Below, one piece after another: positions 19,665-28,151 of a stretch of DNA of 64,000 bases. A model generated the notes under the pieces. That model was not told the origin of the DNA and did no database searches. It was given only the letters and a program-made list of their open reading frames with translations. Location of the stretch: contig JABAAL010000006.1 of assembly GCA_014238785.1 (NCBI GenBank), positions 13,329 to 77,328 of the forward strand, written 5' to 3'. Position numbers and translations under genes: made by a program. The stretch's first letter is position 1. The number at the start of each line of letters is the position of its first letter. This DNA is from Phycisphaerales bacterium (GTDB lineage: Bacteria > Planctomycetota > Phycisphaerae > Phycisphaerales > SM1A02).

Positions 19665-20990
19665 ATGTCACAATGGACACCCACATCTTGGCAAGACAAA
19701 AAAGTGGCTCAACAGCCAACCTACGCTGATTCTGCCTCGGTTGAAACTGCCGTCAAGGCGCTGTCTTCCCTCCCGCCACTCGTTTCATCATGGGAAATTG
19801 AGACCCTAAAATCGCAACTCGCAGACGCCGCAAATGGAAAACGATTTCTACTCCAAGCGGGTGATTGTGCTGAACGTTTCGCCGACTGCACCCCCGAAAG
19901 GATCACGGAGCAATTAAAGGTGTTACTTCAAATGTCGCTTGTCTTGGTGCATTCCACCAAACGAAGAGTTATTCGCGTTGGAAGGCTCGCAGGCCAATAC
20001 GCAAAACCGCGTTCTAGTGACATGGAAACCATCGACGGCGTTACGTTGCCAAGTTACCGAGGTGACCTCGTTAACGATATTGAATTTTCTGAGATTGCGC
20101 GTATGCCTAACCCCAACCGATTACTTCGGGGTTTCGAGCGAAGTGCAATGACTATTAACTTTGTTCGTGCGCTTATCGACGGTGGATTTGCTGATTTACA
20201 CCATCCAGAATATTGGGATCTTGGTTTTGTTGAACACTCTCCAAAAGCCAGCGAGTACCAAGCCATTGTCGCATCAATCGCGGAGAGTTTACGCTTTATG
20301 GAAACGCTTGCTGGCGAAGCAGTCGGCGCAATCAATAGAGTAGAATTTTTTACGAGTCACGAAGGATTGCACTTACATTATGAACAAGCGCAAACACGCC
20401 AAGTCCCAAGGCGTGATGGATGGTACGACTTATCTTGCCATTTTCCATGGATTGGCGCACGAACAACTGACATTGATGGCGGGCATATTGATTTTTTTCG
20501 AGGAATTGCAAACCCAATTGGTGTCAAAATTGGAACGCACGATGTTACTATTGAAAAACTTCTCGATGTACTTCATCCAAACAATGAGCCTGGTCGGCTC
20601 ACGCTCATTCATCGATATGGCGCAGAAAAAATTGCAGACGAATTGCCAAAACTTATTGACGCTGTAAAAGCAACTGGAAAACAAGTGCTCTTCATAAGCG
20701 ATCCGATGCACGGCAACACAAAGAAAACCGATAGAGGAATAAAAACAAGAAACTTCGATTCCATTCTTCTTGAACTTGAGCACTCGATAGACATACACAA
20801 AAGTATGGACTCCACTCTTGGTGGAGTACACGTTGAGGTCTGCGGACAAAACGTAACTGAATGCACAGGCGGCGCGCGAGGATTAGATGAAGCTGGGCTT
20901 GGCGATGCGTACGAAACGCTCGTCGATCCACGACTCAATTACGAACAATCAATCGAGCTTGCGATGCTCGTTGGTCAAAAGCTCGGCTAA
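19665..20990 (+). CDS. Class II 3-deoxy-7-phosphoheptulonate (DAHP) synthase
   Basis: 441 aa. WTPTSWQDKKVAQQPTY, LLQAGDCAERF, RVGRLAGQYAKPRS, SHEGLHLHYE and KTRNFDSIL are typical of the plant/actinobacterial-type class II enzyme. Confidence 0.9.
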   Translation: MSQWTPTSWQDKKVAQQPTYADSASVETAVKALSSLPPLVSSWEIETLKSQLADAANGKRFLLQAGDCAERFADCTPERITEQLKVLLQMSLVLVHSTKRRVIRVGRLAGQYAKPRSSDMETIDGVTLPSYRGDLVNDIEFSEIARMPNPNRLLRGFERSAMTINFVRALIDGGFADLHHPEYWDLGFVEHSPKASEYQAIVASIAESLRFMETLAGEAVGAINRVEFFTSHEGLHLHYEQAQTRQVPRRDGWYDLSCHFPWIGARTTDIDGGHIDFFRGIANPIGVKIGTHDVTIEKLLDVLHPNNEPGRLTLIHRYGAEKIADELPKLIDAVKATGKQVLFISDPMHGNTKKTDRGIKTRNFDSILLELEHSIDIHKSMDSTLGGVHVEVCGQNVTECTGGARGLDEAGLGDAYETLVDPRLNYEQSIELAMLVGQKLG

Positions 20991-21369
20991 ACACCAACGC
21001 TTAGGCAGCAGTTTCAGCCACAAACGCCAATACCGCCGTTGTTCATGAGAGGATGTTGGATCGAAAGCGTATTTGAGGATTACTCTGGAGTGTAAACATT
21101 GAATTCTTCGTGCGAAATTGTCGATTCTACAAGAGCCATATCATCCTGACTTTTTTTGTCGTGGAGTCCGACCTCTTTCTGTTCACCAAGAAATAAACAA
21201 TCCCATGGGTCGTTTTTGGCTGTATCCTCAAAATGGGCAATTGCTCCGAGAAATTTTTTTGATCCAAAAAGTGGACTAGCTCCCAGCGAGTCTGCGAGCA
21301 AAGTGTGCCCCAGTGTCGAAAAGAAGAGTTGGAGGTTGGACTTAAATAATCACGGTACAATTCGCAACA

Positions 21370-22692
21370 ATGCCAGAGCGACAAGAACAAATAGTTATTT
21401 CAGGGGTTGGGGTCATCACCTGCTTTGGTGTTGGGATAGAACTACTTTGGGATGCAATGATAGAAGGCAGGACGGGGCTCAAGCGCATAGAACGGTTTGA
21501 TCCAAGTGGATTTAGCTCCCAAATTGCCGGCGAACTCCCTGAAGATGATTTTAAGGTACGAAAAATCGTTCCAAAAAGCCATCGCAAGGCAACCAAGGTC
21601 ATGTGTCGCGATACCGAACTTGCCGTTGGTGCCGCTGCGGATGCGGTAAAAAGTGCTGGCTTAACCACGGCGGCAACGAGCGATGAACCACCAACAATTG
21701 CTCCAGACCGCGTTGGCTGCCATATTGGTGCTGGACTCATTTCAGCGGAAGTCAATGAACTTGGCGCTGCGCTTGTCACAAGTAAAAAAGAGGACGGTAC
21801 ATTTGACCTTGCACACTGGGGCGCTGAGGGTATGCAAAACCTCACACCGCTCTGGCTTCTAAAATATCTACCAAACATGCTCGCTTGCCATGTCACCATC
21901 GTGCATAATTCCCAAGGCCCTTCCAACACGATTACATGTTGTGAAGCTTCCAGCGGTCTATCGATTGCTGAATCAAGACGAGTTATTCGCCGAGGTGATG
22001 CTGATGCGTGCCTTTCGGGCGGTGCGGAAGATCGAGTAAATCCTCTAGCGCTCTACAGGCAACACTGCACAGGGCGCCTAGTAGATAGTGATGGTTCTGG
22101 AGATATGTCAGCATTAATCACGCCATTTGCAAACGATGCAAGTGGTACCGCCATCGGAGAGGGTGGAGGCATCTTAATTGTCGAGGCAAATTCTTCATGC
22201 ACGAAAAGAGGCGGAAGCCCTTGGTGTACCATCGACGGCGTAGGTTGCAGGCAATCTTTTACCAACTCACCACTTGATGCAGACCCAGGCGCCCTTGCAT
22301 CTGCAACGAACAAGGCACTTGTTGAGGCAAACTGCGATGCAAGTGAGATCGATGTTATTGTCCCTCTGGGCTCTGGTATCAAACAACTTGATGACGCCGA
22401 ACGTGAAGGATTAACAGTAGTTTTTGGCGATCGACTTCCAACAATTCCAACAATAACAACCATTCCATACACGGGAAATTGCATGGCGGGCAATGGCGCA
22501 ATTGCGCTGAGCGTTGCAGCAAAAAGCATTAAAGAACAACAAATACCCGCGCGTCTTGGCGCAACAGAAACCGATGGTATAGACGCAGGTCGATACGAGT
22601 CAACACAGATGCGCATCAACAAAGTCCTCGTTATCTCACCGAGTGAAGGGGGACAATGTGTTGCGATTGTTTTAGGGAAGGTGCAAGCATGA
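21370..22692 (+). CDS. Beta-ketoacyl synthase family protein lacking both catalytic histidines (KS partner or CLF-like subunit)
   Basis: Thiolase-fold KS. A Cys is retained at the nucleophile position (NTITCCEASSG). The HGTxT motif reads PLGSGI and the KSMxGH motif reads PYTGNCMAG, so both His are lost. Confidence 0.8.
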   Translation: MPERQEQIVISGVGVITCFGVGIELLWDAMIEGRTGLKRIERFDPSGFSSQIAGELPEDDFKVRKIVPKSHRKATKVMCRDTELAVGAAADAVKSAGLTTAATSDEPPTIAPDRVGCHIGAGLISAEVNELGAALVTSKKEDGTFDLAHWGAEGMQNLTPLWLLKYLPNMLACHVTIVHNSQGPSNTITCCEASSGLSIAESRRVIRRGDADACLSGGAEDRVNPLALYRQHCTGRLVDSDGSGDMSALITPFANDASGTAIGEGGGILIVEANSSCTKRGGSPWCTIDGVGCRQSFTNSPLDADPGALASATNKALVEANCDASEIDVIVPLGSGIKQLDDAEREGLTVVFGDRLPTIPTITTIPYTGNCMAGNGAIALSVAAKSIKEQQIPARLGATETDGIDAGRYESTQMRINKVLVISPSEGGQCVAIVLGKVQA

Positions 22693-23999
22693 CACGAGTC
22701 GTCATAACAGGCATGGGTTGGATTACGCCCCTTGGAAACAATCTTGAAACTGTATGGAAACGAATGTGCAACAGCGAATCTGCCATTGCTACGATTGACC
22801 GTTTTGATGCGTCAAGTTTTCCAACTACATTTGCCGGGCAAGTCCGAGATTTCGATTGGAAAGAATACGTCAAAGATGCCTTAGTGCACAACGAACCTGC
22901 GATGAATTCACAATTCGCTCTTGGTGCTGCAAGGCAAGCGTGGGACCAATCTGGTCTTGGGGAGTGCAAAGACCTAGACCTTGAGCGAGCGGGAATATAC
23001 CTTGGTGCTGGCGAGGGCGTGTTGGACTTTTCAGCGCACTCGATGATTGATACGCACTCCTGGGATGTGGAAGATGGAAAAATCAACGCAGTAGCGTGGG
23101 CTGAATTTGCTCGTGAAAAACTTGACGAGTGGGGCGAAGTTGAACAAGAACCAAACATGTCTCTTTGGCATGTTGCAAAAGAGTACGGACTGCAAGGTCC
23201 TGCTTTTAACTGTTTAACGGCTTGTGCTGCAAGTACACAAGCAATCGGCGAAGCCGTGAGTGTCTTGCAAGCGGGTGACGCCGATGTGATGCTCAGCGGT
23301 GGCACGCACACGATGTTGCACGCGCTTGGAATCACGGGCTTTAATCGATTGACTGCACTCTCCACTTTTAATGGCGACCCTAAAAAGGCATCCAAGCCAT
23401 TCTCAAAAGATCGTGGCGGTTTTGTCATGGGAGAGGGTTCTGGGATGCTCGTCCTTGAAACACTAGAACACGCACTCGCTCGGGGCGCAACGCCACTTGC
23501 TGAAATTGTTGGATTTGGTTCAAGCGCCGATGCGTATAGAATCACTGACCTTCATCCAGAAGGGCGCGGACCTGCAGCCGCAATTCGTAACGCACTTTCG
23601 CAAGCAAACATTGATCCAACTGCAACGATTGAAGGTAAACCTCCTGTGCAATACATTTCCGCGCACGGCACATCGACGCAAGAAAACGATTCTATTGAAA
23701 CAAAAGCAATCAAACTTGTATTTGGCGACAACGCTCCGAACGTCCCAGTAAGTTCGATTAAATCAATGATGGGACACCTCATAGCAGCAGCGGGTTCAGT
23801 CGAGTTAATTACTTGCGTGATGTCTATTCAAACAGGCATGCTTGCTCCAACTATTAACTTGGACAACCCAGACCCCGAACTTGATTTGGATTACGTGCCT
23901 AATGTGGCAAGAAAAGCAGAAGTCGATTGCTGTGTAAGCAATTCATTTGGTTTTGGCGGACAGAACAACACACTTGTTGTGAGGCGATACGAACCGTAA
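22689..23999 (+). CDS. Beta-ketoacyl-ACP synthase II-like enzyme (FabF family, full Cys-His-His triad)
   Basis: CLTACAAS (Cys), ISAHGTSTQEND (His), SIKSMMGHLIAAAG (His), NSFGFGGQN. The ATG at 22689 overlaps the upstream TGA (ATGA). Confidence 0.88.
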   Translation: MTRVVITGMGWITPLGNNLETVWKRMCNSESAIATIDRFDASSFPTTFAGQVRDFDWKEYVKDALVHNEPAMNSQFALGAARQAWDQSGLGECKDLDLERAGIYLGAGEGVLDFSAHSMIDTHSWDVEDGKINAVAWAEFAREKLDEWGEVEQEPNMSLWHVAKEYGLQGPAFNCLTACAASTQAIGEAVSVLQAGDADVMLSGGTHTMLHALGITGFNRLTALSTFNGDPKKASKPFSKDRGGFVMGEGSGMLVLETLEHALARGATPLAEIVGFGSSADAYRITDLHPEGRGPAAAIRNALSQANIDPTATIEGKPPVQYISAHGTSTQENDSIETKAIKLVFGDNAPNVPVSSIKSMMGHLIAAAGSVELITCVMSIQTGMLAPTINLDNPDPELDLDYVPNVARKAEVDCCVSNSFGFGGQNNTLVVRRYEP

Positions 24000-24007
24000 T
24001 CAATTCA

Positions 24008-24736
24008 CTATTTTTTGTTTTCTTTGCGTGCAACCTCTGAAGCAGCGGATCTGAGCAAATCTGCAAAAACTCCAGCCATCATCGCGAAGAGAACTATTCC
24101 AACAAACATGAGCAGTGCAGCCATAAAACGGCCACCAACCGTTACTGGATAAAAATCACCGTACCCAACTGTGGACATCGTCACAACAGACCACCAAAGG
24201 ACGTCCGAAGCGTTTGTAAGATTTGCATTTGGATCTTGCGATTCAAATTGCAGCACAGCAAAACAGCAGCCTACTATGGTAACTTCAGCGATAAGAAACC
24301 CCGTAATGATTATTACGCTTCTTCGGTCCAGCCGTACAGCATTTATTATTGCATGCAATGATTTGATTGCTCGTACACCCTGAATGATTCGAAAGAGATG
24401 TGGCCAGTGCAACGTGTGGACAATCGTCGTTGTTGCAAACTGCGAAGCTGGAACTGAAGCGAGCAGGTCCACAGGTCCCCACGTTAGAAGATATTTAATT
24501 TTCTTTTTGGCGTGGTAAAAATTGTAGAGAAAATCACAGAAGAAAATAACACAGATCCCAAGGTCGAACATGTCTATAAGTCGAACTGTTTCACTTTCTG
24601 GATTTAACGTTAATCGCCAAATTAAAAGCGTGATTGAAATGATGCCAGACACCGCAACAAATAAATTGAAGGAGTGTGGCTTTTCTCTCGTTGATGGTGT
24701 GCCCCCTTCAACGATTTGATCCCCTTTGTCACTCAT
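24008..24736 (-). CDS. Voltage-gated-type potassium channel (6TM, TVGYGD filter)
   Basis: Selectivity filter MSTVGYGDFYP and an S4-like segment FRIIQGVRAIKSLHAIINAVRLDRR. Confidence 0.85.
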   Translation of the reverse strand: MSDKGDQIVEGGTPSTREKPHSFNLFVAVSGIISITLLIWRLTLNPESETVRLIDMFDLGICVIFFCDFLYNFYHAKKKIKYLLTWGPVDLLASVPASQFATTTIVHTLHWPHLFRIIQGVRAIKSLHAIINAVRLDRRSVIIITGFLIAEVTIVGCCFAVLQFESQDPNANLTNASDVLWWSVVTMSTVGYGDFYPVTVGGRFMAALLMFVGIVLFAMMAGVFADLLRSAASEVARKENKK

Positions 24737-25089
24737 GCATTAAAGCTACTGCCGCAGCCGCATGAACTTGATGCATTAGGATTGTCAAAGACAAATCCAC
24801 GGCCCATCACTTCATCCTTAAAATCAACCGTTGTGCCGTTGAGGTAGAGATAACTTTTAGGATCGCAAATGACGTGAAAATCTTGGCTTTCGCCATCGAC
24901 GGAAAATTCGTAATCCCACTGTTCATCATCGTCTTTTTTAGCCTCGGTGAGATCTAAAATGTAACTAAAGCCCGAGCAGCCACCACCCTTGACGCCAACT
25001 CGAAGATGTGTTTTATCACGAACTAACTCTTGCTGAGCCATGATGTTATTGATTTCTCGTGCTGCTGATTCTGTAATGATTACTGCCAT
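24733..25089 (-). CDS. erpA: Iron-sulfur cluster insertion protein (IscA/ErpA/HesB family)
   Basis: 118 aa with GGCSGF and C-terminal CGCGSSF motifs. Confidence 0.9.
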   Translation of the reverse strand: MAVIITESAAREINNIMAQQELVRDKTHLRVGVKGGGCSGFSYILDLTEAKKDDDEQWDYEFSVDGESQDFHVICDPKSYLYLNGTTVDFKDEVMGRGFVFDNPNASSSCGCGSSFNA

Positions 25090-25337
25090 CGTTTGGCTCC
25101 TTCTGGTGCTGATTTCAATCCCACATTATACCTCACTTCCAATGCAATGTCAGTATTTATCTTACTACACAAACGTTGCAATACCACCCTCAGAGCTACA
25201 TTGGGGTCTGACACCAGCGTTTACGCGAAGATTGCAATACGGTGCAGGTGTCAACTGCTGCTAATCGTGAATAGGTTTTCATCGGGTGACAGGCCCATGC
25301 AGACAGTCTCATGGGACTGTCCACTATACTGCATGCA

Positions 25338-26126
25338 ATGAAAATTGTTTCAGATGCAAGTGAGCTAGCCGCGTTCCAAGGGTGTGCGTTTGTACCAACG
25401 ATGGGCGCATTGCATGAGGGGCATCTTTCTCTCATTCGCGAAGCTAAAAAAACGGGACGACCTGTTATTGTGAGTATTTTTGTCAATCCTGAACAATTTG
25501 CACCAGAAGAAGACTTAGACAAGTACCCAAGAAATCTAGAAGAAGACTGTGCGTTTGCAGCACAAGTTGGCGCGGACGTAGTCTTCGCTCCAAGCGTTAC
25601 AACTATGTACCCCGCTGCCCCCGAGTCAATTGCACTTCCAAAAGCAGCAATAGAGCCACATCTTGAAGACGCCTGTAGGCCCACACACTTTCGAGGTGTT
25701 TGTGTGGCAGTAGCGCGGCTCTTTGATCTTGTGCAACCAGCAATTACTGTTTTTGGTTTAAAAGATTATCAGCAGTTCCTCGTCATCAAACAGTTGATTG
25801 CACAGGAAAAAGACCGTTGGGGTGATTTGCAAATCGTCGGAGCAGAAATCATTCGCGATGACGATGGCGTAGCCATGAGCAGCCGTAATGTCTACCTTTC
25901 AACGGACCAACGAAAGCAAGCACTCGGATTACATAAGGCCGTTCGTTGTACAACAGAAAAAGCCATGCTCGAAGTTCTAGATCAACACAGCCTTGACGTC
26001 GAATACGCAGTCTTGCGTAGCAGCGATTCGCTGCTAGCGCCAGTTGCGGGGCAAACCATGCGAGCACTCGTCGCTGCACGACTTGGTCATATACGCCTCA
26101 TCGATAACGCGGAGATTCAAGCATGA
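25338..26126 (+). CDS. panC: Pantoate--beta-alanine ligase
   Basis: FVPTMGALHEGHLSLI, FVNPEQF, HFRGV, MSSRN. The start is either 25338 or 25311. The upstream ATG lies inside a hairpin arm. Confidence 0.92.
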   Translation: MKIVSDASELAAFQGCAFVPTMGALHEGHLSLIREAKKTGRPVIVSIFVNPEQFAPEEDLDKYPRNLEEDCAFAAQVGADVVFAPSVTTMYPAAPESIALPKAAIEPHLEDACRPTHFRGVCVAVARLFDLVQPAITVFGLKDYQQFLVIKQLIAQEKDRWGDLQIVGAEIIRDDDGVAMSSRNVYLSTDQRKQALGLHKAVRCTTEKAMLEVLDQHSLDVEYAVLRSSDSLLAPVAGQTMRALVAARLGHIRLIDNAEIQA

Positions 26127-26671
26127 CGCGCACGCTCTTATACGGCGGTTCATTCGACCCGCCTCATATCGCCCACGTGCAGGTCCCCCACGCTGCCATG
26201 GAATGTCTTCAGTTTGATCGCGTTCTCTATGTTCCCGCTTTTCAATCACCATTAAAAGAAACAACGCCAACATCAGCGCATCACCGTATTGCAATGCTTG
26301 AACTTGCGCTTGCTGCTTGCCCTTGGGCAGACATTTCAACGATTGAAATTGATAAAGAGGGGTCGAGTTTTACTATCGACACGATTGAAGCGTTGCAGGG
26401 CAACTACGATGAACTGCGTTTGCTTGTGGGCGCCGATCAATGGGAACAATTCGACCAGTGGCACCGATGGGAAGACATCATTTCAATGGCTAATCCTGCA
26501 ATTATGCCTCGGGAGGGAATTGAACTCTCAGACACAAGCGTATTGCAAATAAACCCACTTTCGGGTGCATCAACAACAATTCGGCAGCAGATACGCCGTG
26601 AAGAGTGCTTTGCGGAGTCTATTCACCCAGAGGTCGCTACCTATATCGCACAACACGGCTTGTACCTGTAA
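26123..26671 (+). CDS. nadD: Nicotinate-nucleotide adenylyltransferase
   Basis: LYGGSFDPPHIAH motif and SSTTIR-like ASTTIRQQI. It overlaps panC by 4 nt. Confidence 0.88.
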   Translation: MTRTLLYGGSFDPPHIAHVQVPHAAMECLQFDRVLYVPAFQSPLKETTPTSAHHRIAMLELALAACPWADISTIEIDKEGSSFTIDTIEALQGNYDELRLLVGADQWEQFDQWHRWEDIISMANPAIMPREGIELSDTSVLQINPLSGASTTIRQQIRREECFAESIHPEVATYIAQHGLYL

Positions 26672-26683
26672 AATACGCAGTCG

Positions 26684-28135
26684 ATGACTGCTTCGCAAAT
26701 TGGTTTTGTTTCCCTAGGTTGCCCCAAGAATTTGGTGGACAGCGAACAAATGCTTGCAACTTTAGTTGATGCAGGTTACGAACTTGTCGCGGATCACAAC
26801 GAAGCCGATGCAATCATCATTAACACGTGTGGTTTTCTCGAAGCTTCAAAAATTGAATCAATCGAGGTTATCAACGAGGCGGTCGAATTAAAAGAAACAG
26901 CAAAGGTGAAGCGAGTCATCGCTGCTGGTTGCCTCGTCCAACGACACCGTGCAAATTTGCTTGAGTGGTGCCCAGGAATAGACGCAATGATTGGTGTGTT
27001 TGACCGAGACCACATTGTCGATGCAATGCGCGAAGATGGCGAAAAAGAAAAAGCGCCACAATGGATAGAAGCCAACGCAATGCTCGCTGCAAGAGCGCGC
27101 GGCCTTCAAGACGAACGCGGTTATTTTGAAGACGACTCGAACCGAATTCAGTTAACACCAAGACACTGGGCCTACCTTCGCATAAGCGAAGGCTGCAATC
27201 AAAACTGTGCGTTCTGTACGATTCCTTCCATTCGAGGGAAAATGCGATCGAAACCTGTTGAAAAAATTGTCGCAGAAGCAAAAAAATTACTGACGTCTGG
27301 TGTATTTGAACTCAACTTAATCGGTCAGGACACCACCAGTTACGGGAACGATATTGGATACGACGAAGGCCTGGTGGGATTATTAACAGCGCTAAACGAC
27401 ACTGTTGCCAAATCTGGGGGCGGATGGATACGTTTGATGTATGCCTATCCAACATTCTTTACACAAGAAATGATTGATGCAATGGCGAATCTGCCACACA
27501 TCCTTCCATACATTGATATTCCATTGCAACACGCGAGCGACTCGATGCTCGGCGCAATGCGCAGAAATGTTACCGCCGACGTACAGTCATCTTTGCTAAC
27601 TAGACTTAGAAAGAGCATTGTTGGTGTTGGCATTCGAACGACATTCATAACTGGTTTTCCGGGCGAAACAGAAGAAGACCATCAAAAGCTTCTTGCATTT
27701 ATTCAGGAACATAAATTTGAAGCAATGGGCGTATTTCAATATTCAAAAGAAGAGGGAACTGTCGCAGGAACCATGGAAAAGGACGATTCGCTTCGTGTTC
27801 CCAAAGCGATCAAAGAACACCGCGAAAAGGAACTCATGCTTGCCCAACAAGACATTGCATTTGCTCGAGCGGAACAAGCTGCAATAAGTAGCGAAAAACA
27901 TGACGTGTTGATTGATGCGTATCTTGGGGAAACAGGTGAAGGCGAACTACACTTGTATCAATGCCGAACAAAACAACAAGCGCCAGATGTTGACGCTTGC
28001 ACTATTTTGATGGCGGAAAAGAAACAAACAATTGGCACAGTCCTACGCTGCACCATTACGGATAGTGACGGTTACGACCTTATTGCTAGACCTTCTGATG
28101 AATTGGAGAAGGTTATTTCTCTCCCCTTGCGGTAA
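26684..28135 (+). CDS. rimO: Ribosomal protein S12 methylthiotransferase (radical SAM, MiaB/RimO family)
   Basis: IGFVSLGCPKNLVDSE N-terminus, radical SAM CNQNCAFCTIP, C-terminal TRAM-like segment. Confidence 0.85.
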   Translation: MTASQIGFVSLGCPKNLVDSEQMLATLVDAGYELVADHNEADAIIINTCGFLEASKIESIEVINEAVELKETAKVKRVIAAGCLVQRHRANLLEWCPGIDAMIGVFDRDHIVDAMREDGEKEKAPQWIEANAMLAARARGLQDERGYFEDDSNRIQLTPRHWAYLRISEGCNQNCAFCTIPSIRGKMRSKPVEKIVAEAKKLLTSGVFELNLIGQDTTSYGNDIGYDEGLVGLLTALNDTVAKSGGGWIRLMYAYPTFFTQEMIDAMANLPHILPYIDIPLQHASDSMLGAMRRNVTADVQSSLLTRLRKSIVGVGIRTTFITGFPGETEEDHQKLLAFIQEHKFEAMGVFQYSKEEGTVAGTMEKDDSLRVPKAIKEHREKELMLAQQDIAFARAEQAAISSEKHDVLIDAYLGETGEGELHLYQCRTKQQAPDVDACTILMAEKKQTIGTVLRCTITDSDGYDLIARPSDELEKVISLPLR

Positions 28136-28151
28136 ACTGTCACATCTTCCT

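Noticed and set aside
21080-21301. 73-aa minus-strand ORF between the DAHP synthase and KS genes, containing ADSLG and considered as a possible acyl carrier protein for the KS pair.
   Set aside because: The DSL motif sits at residue 4 rather than about 35, there is no four-helix ACP pattern, and the start is TTG with an in-frame stop 16 codons upstream. There is no support for coding, so it is not called.
22631-23545. 304-aa minus-strand ORF antisense to the FabF-like gene. Similar long antisense ORFs occur at 13520-14293, 21342-21929, 40955-41488, 32605-33096 and 45291-45797.
   Set aside because: All lie fully inside strongly supported genes on the opposite strand. Their translations are Ser/Pro/Ala/Arg-rich low-complexity sequence with no motifs, as expected for chance open frames antisense to coding sequence.
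28032-28151. N-terminal extensions of track ORFs: lepA from 28032, lpxA to 6929, bamA to 13181, gmk from 55074, the dockerin protein from 37459, the lipoprotein from 40929, pilN to 49726 and hisS from 43257.
   Set aside because: Each extension overlaps the preceding gene or precedes an obvious signal peptide or conserved N-terminus. Internal ATGs placed right after or overlapping the upstream stop give canonical protein starts.
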